DNA from: an uncultured Anaerolineales bacterium
GTDB lineage: Bacteria; Chloroflexota; Anaerolineae; B4-G1; SLSP01
NCBI GenBank assembly: GCA_964437445.1
Contig: CAYTGR010000014.1
Span: 3,812-67,811, forward strand
Length of the DNA: 64,000 bases
Reading direction: 5' to 3'
Position numbers and translations under genes: made by a program. The notes beneath the pieces were generated by a model. The model worked only from the letters and a program-made list of their open reading frames with translations. It ran no database searches and was not told where the DNA came from. This document shows positions 28,693-38,775 of this stretch, in pieces (within the stretch, counting starts at the first letter, position 1; every line of letters begins with the position of its first letter).

Positions 28693-30999
28693 TCAAGGGG
28701 TGAGAGGAACCGTCGGAGTGGGCGTCGGGGTAGGCGACGGTGTGGGAGTCGCGGTAGGTGATGGCGGCGGCGTATCCGTAGGTGGTGGCGTCCATGTCGG
28801 CGTGGGAGCGCTCACCGGGGGCGTTGAGGTCGGCGTCGGCACGCTGAGGGTCGGGGTAGCCGTCGGTGACGGCAGGGGCGTCACCGTCGGCGTGACCAAG
28901 TCCCCCACCCGATCCACCCAGACCTGGGCCAGCGCACCGCCGGTCCCCTCAAAGTATTCCACCACGACCGTATGATTGCCGGCCCCCAGCGGCAGATCCA
29001 CCACATAGGTCCGATCGCCGCTGCTGGTGTGCCACTCGCTGATGTACAGGGTATTATCCACGTAGAGCCGGATACCGTCGTCGGCCCGCGCCGAGAAACG
29101 ATAGACACCCGCCCCCAGGGCCAGGGTGCGGCTCCAGCGTACCGAGAAGTTGTCCGACGGCAGGCCACTGGCCGGCTCCTTCGTGCCCCACACGAAATCT
29201 ATCTTGGGATCGTTGCGGACCAGCACCGGATTGCCGCTCAGATTGGGGTTAGACCAGTATTCGCCTTTCCAGTCGGGGTAGGTGGGCTGGGCCACTTTCT
29301 CCCACCAGACCCGCAGGCGGGCATTCCCCTTCTTCTCGTAATAATCCACCTGTACAGTGTGCGCGCCTACACTGAGCGCCAGATCGGTCACTACCTCACG
29401 GGGCGAACCATCGCGCCACTCATCAATGATCGGCTGGTTATCCACCCAGAGCCGCGCCCCGTCATCTACCAGTATGTGGAAACGGTAGGTCGCGGCCTCA
29501 AAAGTCGCCGCACGGGTCCAGCGAGCAGAGAAGTTATCCACCGGCAGCACCGGGTCGGGTGCTGCCTGCCCCCAGGTGAAATCCAACGCCGTGTCGTTGC
29601 GGATCAGCACGGGGCCGCCCGCCTGACTGGAGTTCGGCCAGAACTCGCCGCGCCAATCGGGGTAAGTCGCGCCCTTTTCCCACCAAACACGGACGGCCGC
29701 CACGTCACTGGCCTCATAGTAATCTATCTGGATCAAATGGTAGCCAGCCGCCAGCCGGTAATCTACCACCATCTCGCGCAAGGTACCGTCGCGCCACTCG
29801 TTGACCAGCAACGCGCCATCCACCCACAACCGCACCCCATCGTCGGCCTGCACATGGAAGCGATACAGCGCCGCGTCAAAGGGCAACGTCCGGGTCCAGC
29901 GCACAGAGAACTGGTCGGCCGGCAAACCGGAGGCCGGACTGTTGCGCCCCCAGTTGAAATCAACGGCCACGTCATTACGCACTAACACCGGCGCGCCGCT
30001 GAATGCAGGCTGGTTAAAATATTCACCGCGCCATTGGGGGAAATCACCTAAACGCTCCCACCAGACCTGCAGGGCAGCACGCCCCAGGTTTTCGTAGTAC
30101 TCCACACGCAGGGAATGCGTGCCGGCAGTCAGAACCTGATCCACAGCGTAGACCACACCGGCGGCGTTATGCCATTGATCTATGACCAGTTGCCCATCCA
30201 CCCAGAGCCGCACGCCGTCGTCGCTCAGCGCGTAGAAGCGGTAAGTCCCGGCCGAGAAGTTGAGCGACCGCGTCCAGCGGGCAGAGAAAAGATCCACCGG
30301 CAATTCCGCGGCCGGACCGCCCTCCCCCCAATTGAAACTGAGCTCGGCATCGTCCCGCACCAGTGCCGGCGCGCCGGTCAGGTCACGGTTGGCGTAATAC
30401 TCACCTCGCCACCCCACAATCACCGACGGAACCGTGGGAGTCGGGGTGGCCGTGGGCAAAGTGGGAGACGGGGTGGCGGTGACGGTCAATGTCGCCGTCG
30501 GCCCGGCGGCCACGAGCCGGAAAAGCGCTTGCGCGCGCTGCGCCGTCGTCGGCGACCAGGCCACCACCGCGGCTTCGGGCAGCCCAGTCAGCGCCGGATC
30601 GGGGGGGAAGGCAAAGGCGGCGGCGAAGCTGCCATCCTCCTTGACCACCGCGCTCGTCAAGGCTGCCTGAGGTGCCCCCGTGGCCTTGGGGGCACTCACC
30701 CCGACAAAGACGGTTTCGCCCGGTTGCCACCGCCGTCCAATGGCGGTGACCAAGGTACCCGGGCCGCCTTCGGCCGGCAAGACGGTTAATGTCGGACCGG
30801 TACCCGGCTTAGGATTGGGGCCGGGGATCCAGCCACTGCTGCGCAAGGCAAAGACCGCCAACACGACAGCCGCCAGGATCAATACAAAGATCACCCCACC
30901 TCCCAGCAACAACAACCAGGGAAAGCCTCCTGGCGGCGCCGGGCTGGTCAATTCCTCCTCTTCTTCACCTAATAACTCAATCTCGTTTTCATCTTCCAT
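28693..30999 (-). CDS. Membrane-anchored protein with four tandem PA14 domains and a Pro/Thr-rich C-terminus
   Basis: An N-terminal acidic segment precedes one TM helix. Four ~140-aa repeats start [GD]W[RK]GE[YF][YFW].N…G.P and end …[LV][RQ]V[WE]. The C-terminal PTxTP low-complexity tail is ~70 aa. Confidence 0.7.
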   Translation of the reverse strand: MEDENEIELLGEEEEELTSPAPPGGFPWLLLLGGGVIFVLILAAVVLAVFALRSSGWIPGPNPKPGTGPTLTVLPAEGGPGTLVTAIGRRWQPGETVFVGVSAPKATGAPQAALTSAVVKEDGSFAAAFAFPPDPALTGLPEAAVVAWSPTTAQRAQALFRLVAAGPTATLTVTATPSPTLPTATPTPTVPSVIVGWRGEYYANRDLTGAPALVRDDAELSFNWGEGGPAAELPVDLFSARWTRSLNFSAGTYRFYALSDDGVRLWVDGQLVIDQWHNAAGVVYAVDQVLTAGTHSLRVEYYENLGRAALQVWWERLGDFPQWRGEYFNQPAFSGAPVLVRNDVAVDFNWGRNSPASGLPADQFSVRWTRTLPFDAALYRFHVQADDGVRLWVDGALLVNEWRDGTLREMVVDYRLAAGYHLIQIDYYEASDVAAVRVWWEKGATYPDWRGEFWPNSSQAGGPVLIRNDTALDFTWGQAAPDPVLPVDNFSARWTRAATFEAATYRFHILVDDGARLWVDNQPIIDEWRDGSPREVVTDLALSVGAHTVQVDYYEKKGNARLRVWWEKVAQPTYPDWKGEYWSNPNLSGNPVLVRNDPKIDFVWGTKEPASGLPSDNFSVRWSRTLALGAGVYRFSARADDGIRLYVDNTLYISEWHTSSGDRTYVVDLPLGAGNHTVVVEYFEGTGGALAQVWVDRVGDLVTPTVTPLPSPTATPTLSVPTPTSTPPVSAPTPTWTPPPTDTPPPSPTATPTPSPTPTPTPTVPLTP

Positions 31000-31380
31000 G
31001 TTTCCCCTCCTCTAAAAGCGTGTCGTAACCTGTGGCGTCTCTACTATGGGTGATGTGCGATGGATAATCCGTAAACACTCCTATCATACCACAAAAATAA
31101 CTGTTATGGGGGCGTTAGAATGACAGGGAAAAGAAACCTGGTATCCTTAGCTCACCTGAAAGTTAAATTAGAGTTACATAGTTGACCAAGAAAAGGCCCG
31201 TGATCAGCCGGCGGGTTGTCAGCTGCTTACCTGCTGGACTTGCATGTTTTGCACCTTGCCCCTGGCCCGTTCAAGGGTATAATAAAAGCGCACAAGAATT
31301 CATGCACGGGCTGAGGGTTGACTTTCTACCTGCTCAAACCCTCATCGGGGACCAAAGCCAGAAATAGCGAGGTAACAAGT

Positions 31381-31845
31381 ATGGAACTGCCACCCGGATT
31401 GCTACATACGATTGCTCAAACCCGGCTGTTTACCGACGCCCAGACTTACACCATCCTCAGTGTCCCGTTGACTCAGACCACGGAAGCGCTGCGTTTTTTG
31501 GTGCAACTGGACGAACCTTTCTCGGCCCTGGTGCGCGACAAAGACGAAGTAACCGTAGTGCTGCCCCGTGCGATCTGGGATGAGGCCCGGCCGGCCCTGG
31601 ATGCTATCGCCGAATCCGGTGACTACCGGCTCATCACCTTTGATCTGCCGCTGGACCTGGGACTGGTGGGCTACCTGGCGACGCTGACCTCCGTGGTGGC
31701 CGAACAAGGCGTCAGTGTCTTCCCTGTTTCCGCCTTTGCGCGCGATCACATCCTCGTACCGGTAGACGATTTTGACCGGGCCTGGGAGGCCTTGCGCGCC
31801 TTCATCCGCGCCTGCCGGACAAAGGAAGCTGCTGAAAAAGCCTGA
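31381..31845 (+). CDS. ACT-domain-containing protein
   Basis: ORF trimmed to MELPPG; weak ACT-like fold only. Confidence 0.45.
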   Translation: MELPPGLLHTIAQTRLFTDAQTYTILSVPLTQTTEALRFLVQLDEPFSALVRDKDEVTVVLPRAIWDEARPALDAIAESGDYRLITFDLPLDLGLVGYLATLTSVVAEQGVSVFPVSAFARDHILVPVDDFDRAWEALRAFIRACRTKEAAEKA

Positions 31846-31860
31846 GCCACGGAGCCAAGC

Positions 31861-33864
31861 GTGAGTAGTGTCCTCTTCCTCATCGGCAAAACGCTGGGTA
31901 AGTACCAGGTCGTTGAACATTTGGGCCACGGCGGCATGGCCGAGGTGTACAAGGCTCAACATGAACGCCTGGACCGCATGGTCGCGCTCAAAGTCCTCCA
32001 TCCTTTCCTGGCAGAAGACGAAGGCTTCATCACCCGCTTTGAGCGCGAGGCTCGCATCGTCGCCACCCTGCGGCACCCCAACATCGTCCAGGTCTTTGAC
32101 TTTGACCACAGCCAGGAGTTGGATCTCTATTACATGGTCATGGAGTACATTGAGGGGTCAACCCTCAAAGCACGTCTGACCGAGGGGCCGCTGCCGCCGG
32201 ATGAAGCTACCCGAATTGTGGCCGCCATTGCTGATGCGCTGGATTACGCGCATCGCCGCGGGATGATCCACCGCGACATCAAACCGGCTAACATCATGTT
32301 CACCGCCGATGGGCAACCCGTTTTGACCGATTTCGGGATTGCGCGCATCATCAGCCTATCAGGGTTGACCGCCAGCGGGGCCATGGTCGGAACCCCCGCC
32401 TACATGGCCCCGGAGGTAGGGCTGGGGCAGCCGAGCACCCCAGCCTCTGACATCTACTCGCTGGGGGTCGTCCTGTACCAGCTGATCACGGGGCGGCTGC
32501 CCTTTGAAAGCGACAGTCCCATGGGACTGGTGATGCAGCACATCAACGATCCGGTCCCACCCCCCTCACGTTTTGCCCCCAAGCTGCCGGGTCCGTTGGA
32601 AGCGATTATCCTCAAAACGTTGGCCAAACGGCCCGAAGCCCGCTATGCCAGCGCCAGCGCGCTCGCCTTGGAGTTGCGTAACGCGATGCGGCTGGAGTCG
32701 CCGGCCGTCACGACGACGACGGTTTCCATGCCCACTGTCGGTCAGGAGGCGGCCGCTCCCCCTACCCCGCCCACGCCGACAACGCCGGTGGTCAAAAGCG
32801 CCGCCCAGGCCGGCCTGGCAGCCGAAGAAGAGCCGCTGCTGCGCACCTGGCCGCCCCGTTCGGCCAGTGAAGCCACCCCGGCAACGCCTCGCCTTGAAGA
32901 GGAAAAGAAACCGGCCACCCCCGCGCCCCGGCCGGCGCGCCGCCGTCTGGGCTGGCTCCGTACGTTGGTAATTTTGTCGGCATTGGCGCTGGTAGCCCTC
33001 TTGGGTTGGCAACGCTGGGGTGACACACTCACCAGTTTATTAAGGGGCACCATGATTTTGACCTCGGTTCCCCCGGCGGAAGGCTTCACCCCGACGCCAA
33101 CTCCCAGGACCGAAAGACCTGCCGGTACCCTCACCCCGGCTCCAGAGACCGCCTTGCCGGCCACGGTAGCGCCCCCCACCGTCCCTTGCACGTTCCGCGG
33201 CGCGGCCGAACGGGTCTACACCACCCCCAGCAGTAAAGAGGTCGCTCCAGGGACTCAATTGATCGCCTACCTCACGTTGCGCAACACCGGCGAATGTGCC
33301 TGGCCGGCCGAGACCCAGCTGGCCTTTGCCACTGGCGAGCCGCTGAACGCGCCAGACAGCCTGCCGGTGGAACCACTGGCGCCGGGCAGCCTGATGCAGG
33401 TCGTGTTGCCCCTGCGCGCCCCGGCCGCGGTCGGCGTTTACACTTCCACGTGGGAGATCCGGTTACCCAACGGGGAAGCGGTGGGACCGCCGATTGTCCT
33501 CCAGATTGTGGTGAGCGACCTGCCGACTGCCACGCCCAACACAGTCAAGACGACGCCTCAGCCGACCACTACGTCGCTTCCCCCCCTGACCCTGGCCGCG
33601 CCCGCCCTGTTGGACTGGCAGGACGACCCGACCCAGGGAACATGGTCGGCCCGCTTAGTAGTGCAGCCCAGCGGCGGCACAGGCCAGTACCGCAGCTATC
33701 GGGGCGCCATTCACGCCGGGACCGAGCTCCAGCAGGGCATTGTGGAGATCCGAGGCACGCGCTGCCAGGAGGTCCCGCTCACGCTCTGGGTAGTCTCCGG
33801 CGAGCAAGTCGCGAGCTGGGATGGCCTGATCCCCTACCCCGCACCCGAGCGTTGTACCCCCTGA
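31861..33864 (+). CDS. Hanks-type Ser/Thr protein kinase with TM segment and extracytoplasmic C-terminal domain
   Basis: GxGxxG-like loop with AEVYKA, HRDIKPANIM, DFG and APE motifs. A Pro-rich linker precedes a TM helix (LRTLVILSALALVALLGW). Confidence 0.85.
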   Translation: MSSVLFLIGKTLGKYQVVEHLGHGGMAEVYKAQHERLDRMVALKVLHPFLAEDEGFITRFEREARIVATLRHPNIVQVFDFDHSQELDLYYMVMEYIEGSTLKARLTEGPLPPDEATRIVAAIADALDYAHRRGMIHRDIKPANIMFTADGQPVLTDFGIARIISLSGLTASGAMVGTPAYMAPEVGLGQPSTPASDIYSLGVVLYQLITGRLPFESDSPMGLVMQHINDPVPPPSRFAPKLPGPLEAIILKTLAKRPEARYASASALALELRNAMRLESPAVTTTTVSMPTVGQEAAAPPTPPTPTTPVVKSAAQAGLAAEEEPLLRTWPPRSASEATPATPRLEEEKKPATPAPRPARRRLGWLRTLVILSALALVALLGWQRWGDTLTSLLRGTMILTSVPPAEGFTPTPTPRTERPAGTLTPAPETALPATVAPPTVPCTFRGAAERVYTTPSSKEVAPGTQLIAYLTLRNTGECAWPAETQLAFATGEPLNAPDSLPVEPLAPGSLMQVVLPLRAPAAVGVYTSTWEIRLPNGEAVGPPIVLQIVVSDLPTATPNTVKTTPQPTTTSLPPLTLAAPALLDWQDDPTQGTWSARLVVQPSGGTGQYRSYRGAIHAGTELQQGIVEIRGTRCQEVPLTLWVVSGEQVASWDGLIPYPAPERCTP

Positions 33865-33873
33865 CGAGGCCTC

Positions 33874-34545
33874 ATGGTCGCCGTACCGGCCGCTCAACAA
33901 GAGGAGCAATGGACCGCCGAGCGGATTGCCATGGTGGAGTTGATCCGCTCCCGGGGCGTGCGGGACGTTGCCGTGCTCCAAGCGATGGCGCGAGTTCCGC
34001 GCCATCGTTTTGTTCCTGAGGACGTCCAACGTCACGCCTATGGGGATTATCCACTGCCCATCGGCCACCGGCAAACCATCTCGCAGCCCTACATTGTCGC
34101 CCTGATGACCGAGGCCCTGGCACTCAAACCGGGAGATAAGGTGCTGGAGCTGGGCACCGGCTCGGGCTACCAAACCGCCATTTTGGCCGAAATGGGCATG
34201 GAAGTTTATTCCATAGAGATCATTGCCGCGCTCCATGCGGGCGCGCTGGCACGGCTGACCGAGCTGGGATACACTACCGTCCATCTGCGATTGGGCGACG
34301 GTCACCAGGGTTGGGCTGAACAGGCCCCCTATGTCGGCATCATCGCCACGGCCGCGCCGCTGGCAGTCCCGCCCGCGCTGTTAGAGCAACTGGCGCAGGG
34401 GGGGCGTCTGGTCATCCCGGTGGGGGTCAGCGGCGATTACCAAACCTTGTGGAAAATCGTCAAAACCGGGGAGCATTTCCAGTACCAGGATTTAGGGGGT
34501 GTGGCCTTCGTGCCGCTGGTCCCCGGCTCGCCGTGGAGCGGATAA
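33874..34545 (+). CDS. pcm: Protein-L-isoaspartate O-methyltransferase
   Basis: VPRHRFVPE…TISQPYIVALM…LELGTGSGYQTA match PCMT. Confidence 0.85.
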   Translation: MVAVPAAQQEEQWTAERIAMVELIRSRGVRDVAVLQAMARVPRHRFVPEDVQRHAYGDYPLPIGHRQTISQPYIVALMTEALALKPGDKVLELGTGSGYQTAILAEMGMEVYSIEIIAALHAGALARLTELGYTTVHLRLGDGHQGWAEQAPYVGIIATAAPLAVPPALLEQLAQGGRLVIPVGVSGDYQTLWKIVKTGEHFQYQDLGGVAFVPLVPGSPWSG

Positions 34546-34588
34546 CCCCGCAGGGCGCAGCTCAGCCGGGCCAGCCGCGACCGGCGCA

Positions 34589-35479
34589 TCACAGGTCTAA
34601 CCGCATCTCCACCCGCCGGAAAGTCTCCAGAAAGTGAAAACTCTGCATGGCGGGCCAATGGGGATCATCGGCAGGCAGGTTCTCCATTTTGGTATCCAGC
34701 AGCGGATGTTGCGTATAAAGCGCGTGCAGTAACGCCCGTCCGACCTCAAAGGGATCGCCGGCTTCAGTCTGCAACACCATCCGGCCCAGCTGGAAGATCG
34801 TATTTTGGTAAACAATCCACCCTTGCCCGCCGTTTTCCAGTTCCACCATCAAACCGGCCATGTAGCCGGCCTTGTAGAGCGAAGGGGCCTCATCCAGCCA
34901 TGAAGGAATGCTGCGCCGTTGGGCCAGCAGTTCCAGTGCTGTGGATGAAGGCAACAGGCGGGCCAGGTAAGGCGGCACTTCCACGCGGGGGGGACCAGGA
35001 GGGCGCCGGACTACCAATAGCTCACGGACTTCCACAAAGCCCAGCTTAAGAAAGAGCCGATAGGCCGGCTCGTTGTGCTGAATGACTTCCAGAATGATAT
35101 GGTCGGCCCGCAAGCGGCAGGAATGACCGATCAGGTAGCGCATGAGCATCTCACCGGTCCCCCGGCGGCGGGTGGTGGGCAACACGCCCAGGCGGGTGAT
35201 CCAGGTGTAGCCAGGACGGACACCCAACATGGCCAGCCCCAACATTTCCCCATCGGCCATGGCGACCCCGGAGAGATCCAGGTCCACATCATAAATGTGG
35301 ATATACTCGCGCAAGCGCGCCACGTTCATCGGCATGGGCACGATGTAATCAATGCGCGTCTGGTTGTAAGCCTCCGTCAACTGTTCCAGCGTGAACCGGC
35401 TGGCAGGGAGCAAGGTCACGGCCTCATCGGCCGGCGGGTAGAAATCAAGACAGGGGGAACCAGCAAGTAGAGGGATCAA
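34589..35479 (-). CDS. GNAT family acetyltransferase
   Basis: A core acetyl-CoA motif (RRRGTGEMLM) is present; 296 aa. Confidence 0.6.
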   Translation of the reverse strand: MIPLLAGSPCLDFYPPADEAVTLLPASRFTLEQLTEAYNQTRIDYIVPMPMNVARLREYIHIYDVDLDLSGVAMADGEMLGLAMLGVRPGYTWITRLGVLPTTRRRGTGEMLMRYLIGHSCRLRADHIILEVIQHNEPAYRLFLKLGFVEVRELLVVRRPPGPPRVEVPPYLARLLPSSTALELLAQRRSIPSWLDEAPSLYKAGYMAGLMVELENGGQGWIVYQNTIFQLGRMVLQTEAGDPFEVGRALLHALYTQHPLLDTKMENLPADDPHWPAMQSFHFLETFRRVEMRLDL

Positions 35480-35564
35480 AATGACAATTCCTCATCAGGC
35501 TTTCTTACAGCGTTTTAGTTTTAACAATCACGGTTCACTTTTTACGCTAATTCACTTGCCACGC

Positions 35565-35942
35565 CTACTTGCCACTTGAGTCTCTGAAGAAAGAGGTCAC
35601 CTGGAGAGCAAAATCTTTGACATTAATGGGCTTAGAGATAAAACCAGTACAACCGTAGGCCTCGGCCATCTGGCGAGCGGTATCGGGCGGCCAGGCGGTC
35701 ACCACCACCACCGGCACATCGGTGAGCTCCGGCAACATTTTGATCAGGGCGGCCACCGTCTGCCCATCTAAATCGGGGAGTCCCATGTCCAGCAGAATTA
35801 AGTCCGGCCTTTCTTGCATCGCCATTTGCAGGCCGGCGTTGGCCTCTGTCGCATGGAGCATACGATATCCCAAAATTTCCAGTAAGCGGATAATCAAACG
35901 GGCATCGTAGGGGTTATCTTCCATCAAGAGAATAGTTTTCAT
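35565..35942 (-). CDS. Single-domain response regulator (REC only)
   Basis: DD…D phospho-acceptor (LLDMGLPDLDG), T, and K (ISKP). Confidence 0.85.
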   Translation of the reverse strand: MKTILLMEDNPYDARLIIRLLEILGYRMLHATEANAGLQMAMQERPDLILLDMGLPDLDGQTVAALIKMLPELTDVPVVVVTAWPPDTARQMAEAYGCTGFISKPINVKDFALQVTSFFRDSSGK

Positions 35943-36023
35943 GCCCTATCCTTCGTCAAGTGAAAAAAAGCCAAGAGGTCGGTTCGCCCATACCGGTCCA
36001 GCAATCCACGCGGCGACCGGGGT

Positions 36024-36401
36024 TCACTGAGGAGGCGCCAGGTAGAATCCTACCTTGGCCAATAATTCCATGGCCTGGACCGGTTTGGACAGGTAATCAT
36101 CGCAGCCAGCGGCCAGAAAACGTTCCCGGTCCCCCACCATGGCCGAAGCGGTCAACGCAATGACCAATGTCTGGCGCAGGTCGGGGTCGCTCTTAATGCG
36201 CGAAACCACCTCAATCCCGTCCATGCCTGGTAACCCAATATCCAACAAGACCAGAGCCGGCCGGAGCTCACGCACCATGGTCAAACCGGTCGGCCCATCT
36301 TCAGCCTCATGGAGCACATAGCCGCGCGACGAGAGGATTTTACGGACCAATCGGCGGTTATGGTAATTATCTTCGATATACAAAATGTTATCGTCTGGCA
36401 T
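36024..36401 (-). CDS. Single-domain response regulator (REC only)
   Basis: LLDIGLPGMDG…LTASA…YLSKP. Confidence 0.85.
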   Translation of the reverse strand: MPDDNILYIEDNYHNRRLVRKILSSRGYVLHEAEDGPTGLTMVRELRPALVLLDIGLPGMDGIEVVSRIKSDPDLRQTLVIALTASAMVGDRERFLAAGCDDYLSKPVQAMELLAKVGFYLAPPQ

Positions 36402-36406
36402 TAAGC

Positions 36407-38488
36407 CTACTCCGACAATAAATTTTCCACATAGGTCAACAGGTGGCTGCGATCCAGGGTCGTCTTGTCCCAGACCGATTCCACCTGTGTCCCGAGCTGC
36501 CCCCGCGCCTCCGGGGTGAGTTCCTTGCTCGTGATGACGATCACCGGAATGTTCCGGCTCTGCTCACGAGTTCGCAGGGCCGCCAACAGTTGCTCGCCGC
36601 TCATATCCGGCAACAACAAATCCAGCAGGATCAAATCGGGCAGCGTCTGCTCAACCAGTTCCAACGCCTCTTTGCCGGAGTAGGCCTCCAACACCTCAAA
36701 CCGCTGGCGGGACTCCAGCAACCGTCGCATGAGCCGCGACTCCCATACATTATCCTCAACTACCAGAATATGCAAACGGCGGGTCCGGCCAAAAGCAGCC
36801 ACCGGTCGCTCCTCGGCCGGATGAGGTGAGGTCAGGTGTTGGAAGGCAGCGTCGTCGTCGCCCAGCAATTCGGAAACATGCCGGACCAGTTCACGCCCGC
36901 TAAAGCTGCCCTTCTGCCAGACCGAATCGCTATAATCCCTCAAATAATCGGCCTCCTCCGACGTCAAGGTCTTGGCCGAAATGACAATCACGGGAATATC
37001 CCGGGTGCGCTCATCGGCCTTGAGCGCTGAAAGGACCGCCATCCCGTCCATGTCCGGCAGGGTGAGGTCCAGCAGGACCAGGCCGGGCCGGCGCTGGCGC
37101 ACGAGGTCAATTCCATCCACCCCCGTATAGGCTTCCAAGACGCGGTAGTTTTTGTAGCTTTGCAAGAGCCGGCGGATCAGCCGATTGTCGTGAGGATTGT
37201 CGTCAATCACCACTAACGTGGTAATCTGTTCATCCAGCTGCTCCAGGGCCGCCGCCAACCCCTCTACCGGGCGGCGACCGGCCGGGGCCTGGGGCGCTTC
37301 CAGGCTAACAAAGTAGCGATCCTCCAGAGCATGTTTTTCGGCGCTGAAGGTATGGCCGGAGCAGTTAATCACGACCCGTTCCCCAGGCCGAATGTGGCCC
37401 AGCGCCAGCAGCTTGTCCAGGCCGGCAAAGGCCACGCTGGCCGCCGGTTCCATGGAGAACCCCTCCAGGCGCGCAATCCGGCGCATCGTGCGAAAAGCGT
37501 CGCCATCACTGACCGCCACCATCGCCCCACCGTACTGATCCACCATCCGCTTCAGCAGCGAATACGAGAAACCGGGGTTACCGGTCGCCAACACGGTGAT
37601 GAGGCTATCGGGTTGCACCGGCGTCGCTTTATCCAGCCCCTGTTCCCAGGCGCGGACCATTGGCGCACAACCTTCGGTTTGCACGATCCCCAGGTGGGGA
37701 ACGCGGTCGGTCAAGCCGGCGGCGTGCAGCTCTATGAAGCCCTTGAGCACCCCCAGCGGGCCAATCCCGCCGGAGACAGCCTGAATGTACCAGTCGGGGG
37801 CCTGCCAGCCCAGCTGCTCGGCAATCTCAAAAGCGATCGTCTTCATACTTTCCTTGCACGGGATCGCCTTCGCCCCACCATCCATCAGGAGATGATGACG
37901 GGCGGCAAAATCGGCCGCGATTTCTTTAGCCTGATCGTAGGTGCCGGTAATTTTGACGACCTCGGCCCCGTAGAGCGCCAGTTCACGCATTTTCTCCACC
38001 GGCACGCTGCTGGTGAGAAAAACCCACAGTTTGATGCCCGCGCGGGCACAGTAAGCGGCGTAAGCCGCCGCCGCATTGCCGGTCGAGGCCAGCACTAATT
38101 CCTTGATCCCCTGAGTGCGCAGGGCGGTGACGGCGACCGAGGCTTGCCGGTCCTTGAAAGAGCCGGTCGGCTGCTGGCGTTCGTCCTTGATCCAGAGTTC
38201 CCCGTGGCCGCTTTCGCGCTCCAATCCTTCCGCGCGGGTCAACGGCGTCCACCCCTCCCCCAGCGAGAGCACGGAAATGTCATCGGGAAAGGGCAGCAGC
38301 TCGGTGTAACGCCAGAGCGTCGTGGCCCGCTGCTTGACCAGGGCCGGCCAGTCGGCCGGCAAGGCCGCGCAGTCATAGACGGCATCCAGCCAGGGGCTGC
38401 CACAACCAGCGCACTTGGTGATGAAGGGACTGGCAGCCATCAGCTGGCCACATTCCAGGCACCGCACCGCGGTTAAAAGCGTACTCAT
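36407..38488 (-). CDS. Threonine-synthase-like PLP enzyme fused to two C-terminal REC receiver domains
   Basis: An N-terminal zinc ribbon (CLECG…CAGCG) precedes the PLP-lysine motif TGSFKDRQASV, a Gly-rich loop (SGGIGPLG) and a tryptophan-synthase-beta-like fold of ~400 aa. Two complete REC domains follow (VVIDDNPHDNRL…LLDLTLPDMDG…VISAK and LVVEDNVWESRL…LLDLLLPDMSG…VITSK). Confidence 0.75.
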   Translation of the reverse strand: MSTLLTAVRCLECGQLMAASPFITKCAGCGSPWLDAVYDCAALPADWPALVKQRATTLWRYTELLPFPDDISVLSLGEGWTPLTRAEGLERESGHGELWIKDERQQPTGSFKDRQASVAVTALRTQGIKELVLASTGNAAAAYAAYCARAGIKLWVFLTSSVPVEKMRELALYGAEVVKITGTYDQAKEIAADFAARHHLLMDGGAKAIPCKESMKTIAFEIAEQLGWQAPDWYIQAVSGGIGPLGVLKGFIELHAAGLTDRVPHLGIVQTEGCAPMVRAWEQGLDKATPVQPDSLITVLATGNPGFSYSLLKRMVDQYGGAMVAVSDGDAFRTMRRIARLEGFSMEPAASVAFAGLDKLLALGHIRPGERVVINCSGHTFSAEKHALEDRYFVSLEAPQAPAGRRPVEGLAAALEQLDEQITTLVVIDDNPHDNRLIRRLLQSYKNYRVLEAYTGVDGIDLVRQRRPGLVLLDLTLPDMDGMAVLSALKADERTRDIPVIVISAKTLTSEEADYLRDYSDSVWQKGSFSGRELVRHVSELLGDDDAAFQHLTSPHPAEERPVAAFGRTRRLHILVVEDNVWESRLMRRLLESRQRFEVLEAYSGKEALELVEQTLPDLILLDLLLPDMSGEQLLAALRTREQSRNIPVIVITSKELTPEARGQLGTQVESVWDKTTLDRSHLLTYVENLLSE

Positions 38489-38695
38489 TGGTTATACCTC
38501 GTGGCGTCACTCTCTTTTGGGACGATTGCTTGCCTGCCCCGAAAAACCCGGCCCTGAACACGCAGCAGGCGCGGAGGTTTCATTTAAACAACAACCAACA
38601 ACCAATCTCTGCGTATTCAGCGCGCTCGGCGATAAAAAGGCTCTTGCAGCAAAATCAGCTCATGTCGTGCGCCGGCAACGACCTGAACGCTGCAA

Positions 38696-38745
38696 CGCAC
38701 TTCCGGTGGCCCCTACCCACGTTATTCTTCGCCACCGGAAGTGCG
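38696..38745. promoter_or_regulatory. Perfect 15-bp inverted repeat CGCACTTCCGGTGGC-N20-GCCACCGGAAGTGCG
   Basis: Read from the sequence. It lies in the 288-bp spacer between the REC-cyclase gene and the ThrC-REC-REC gene and has no flanking U-tract on either strand. Confidence 0.5.
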
Positions 38746-38775
38746 CCGCCCCCCAACAACCAGCGTCCACCGCCC

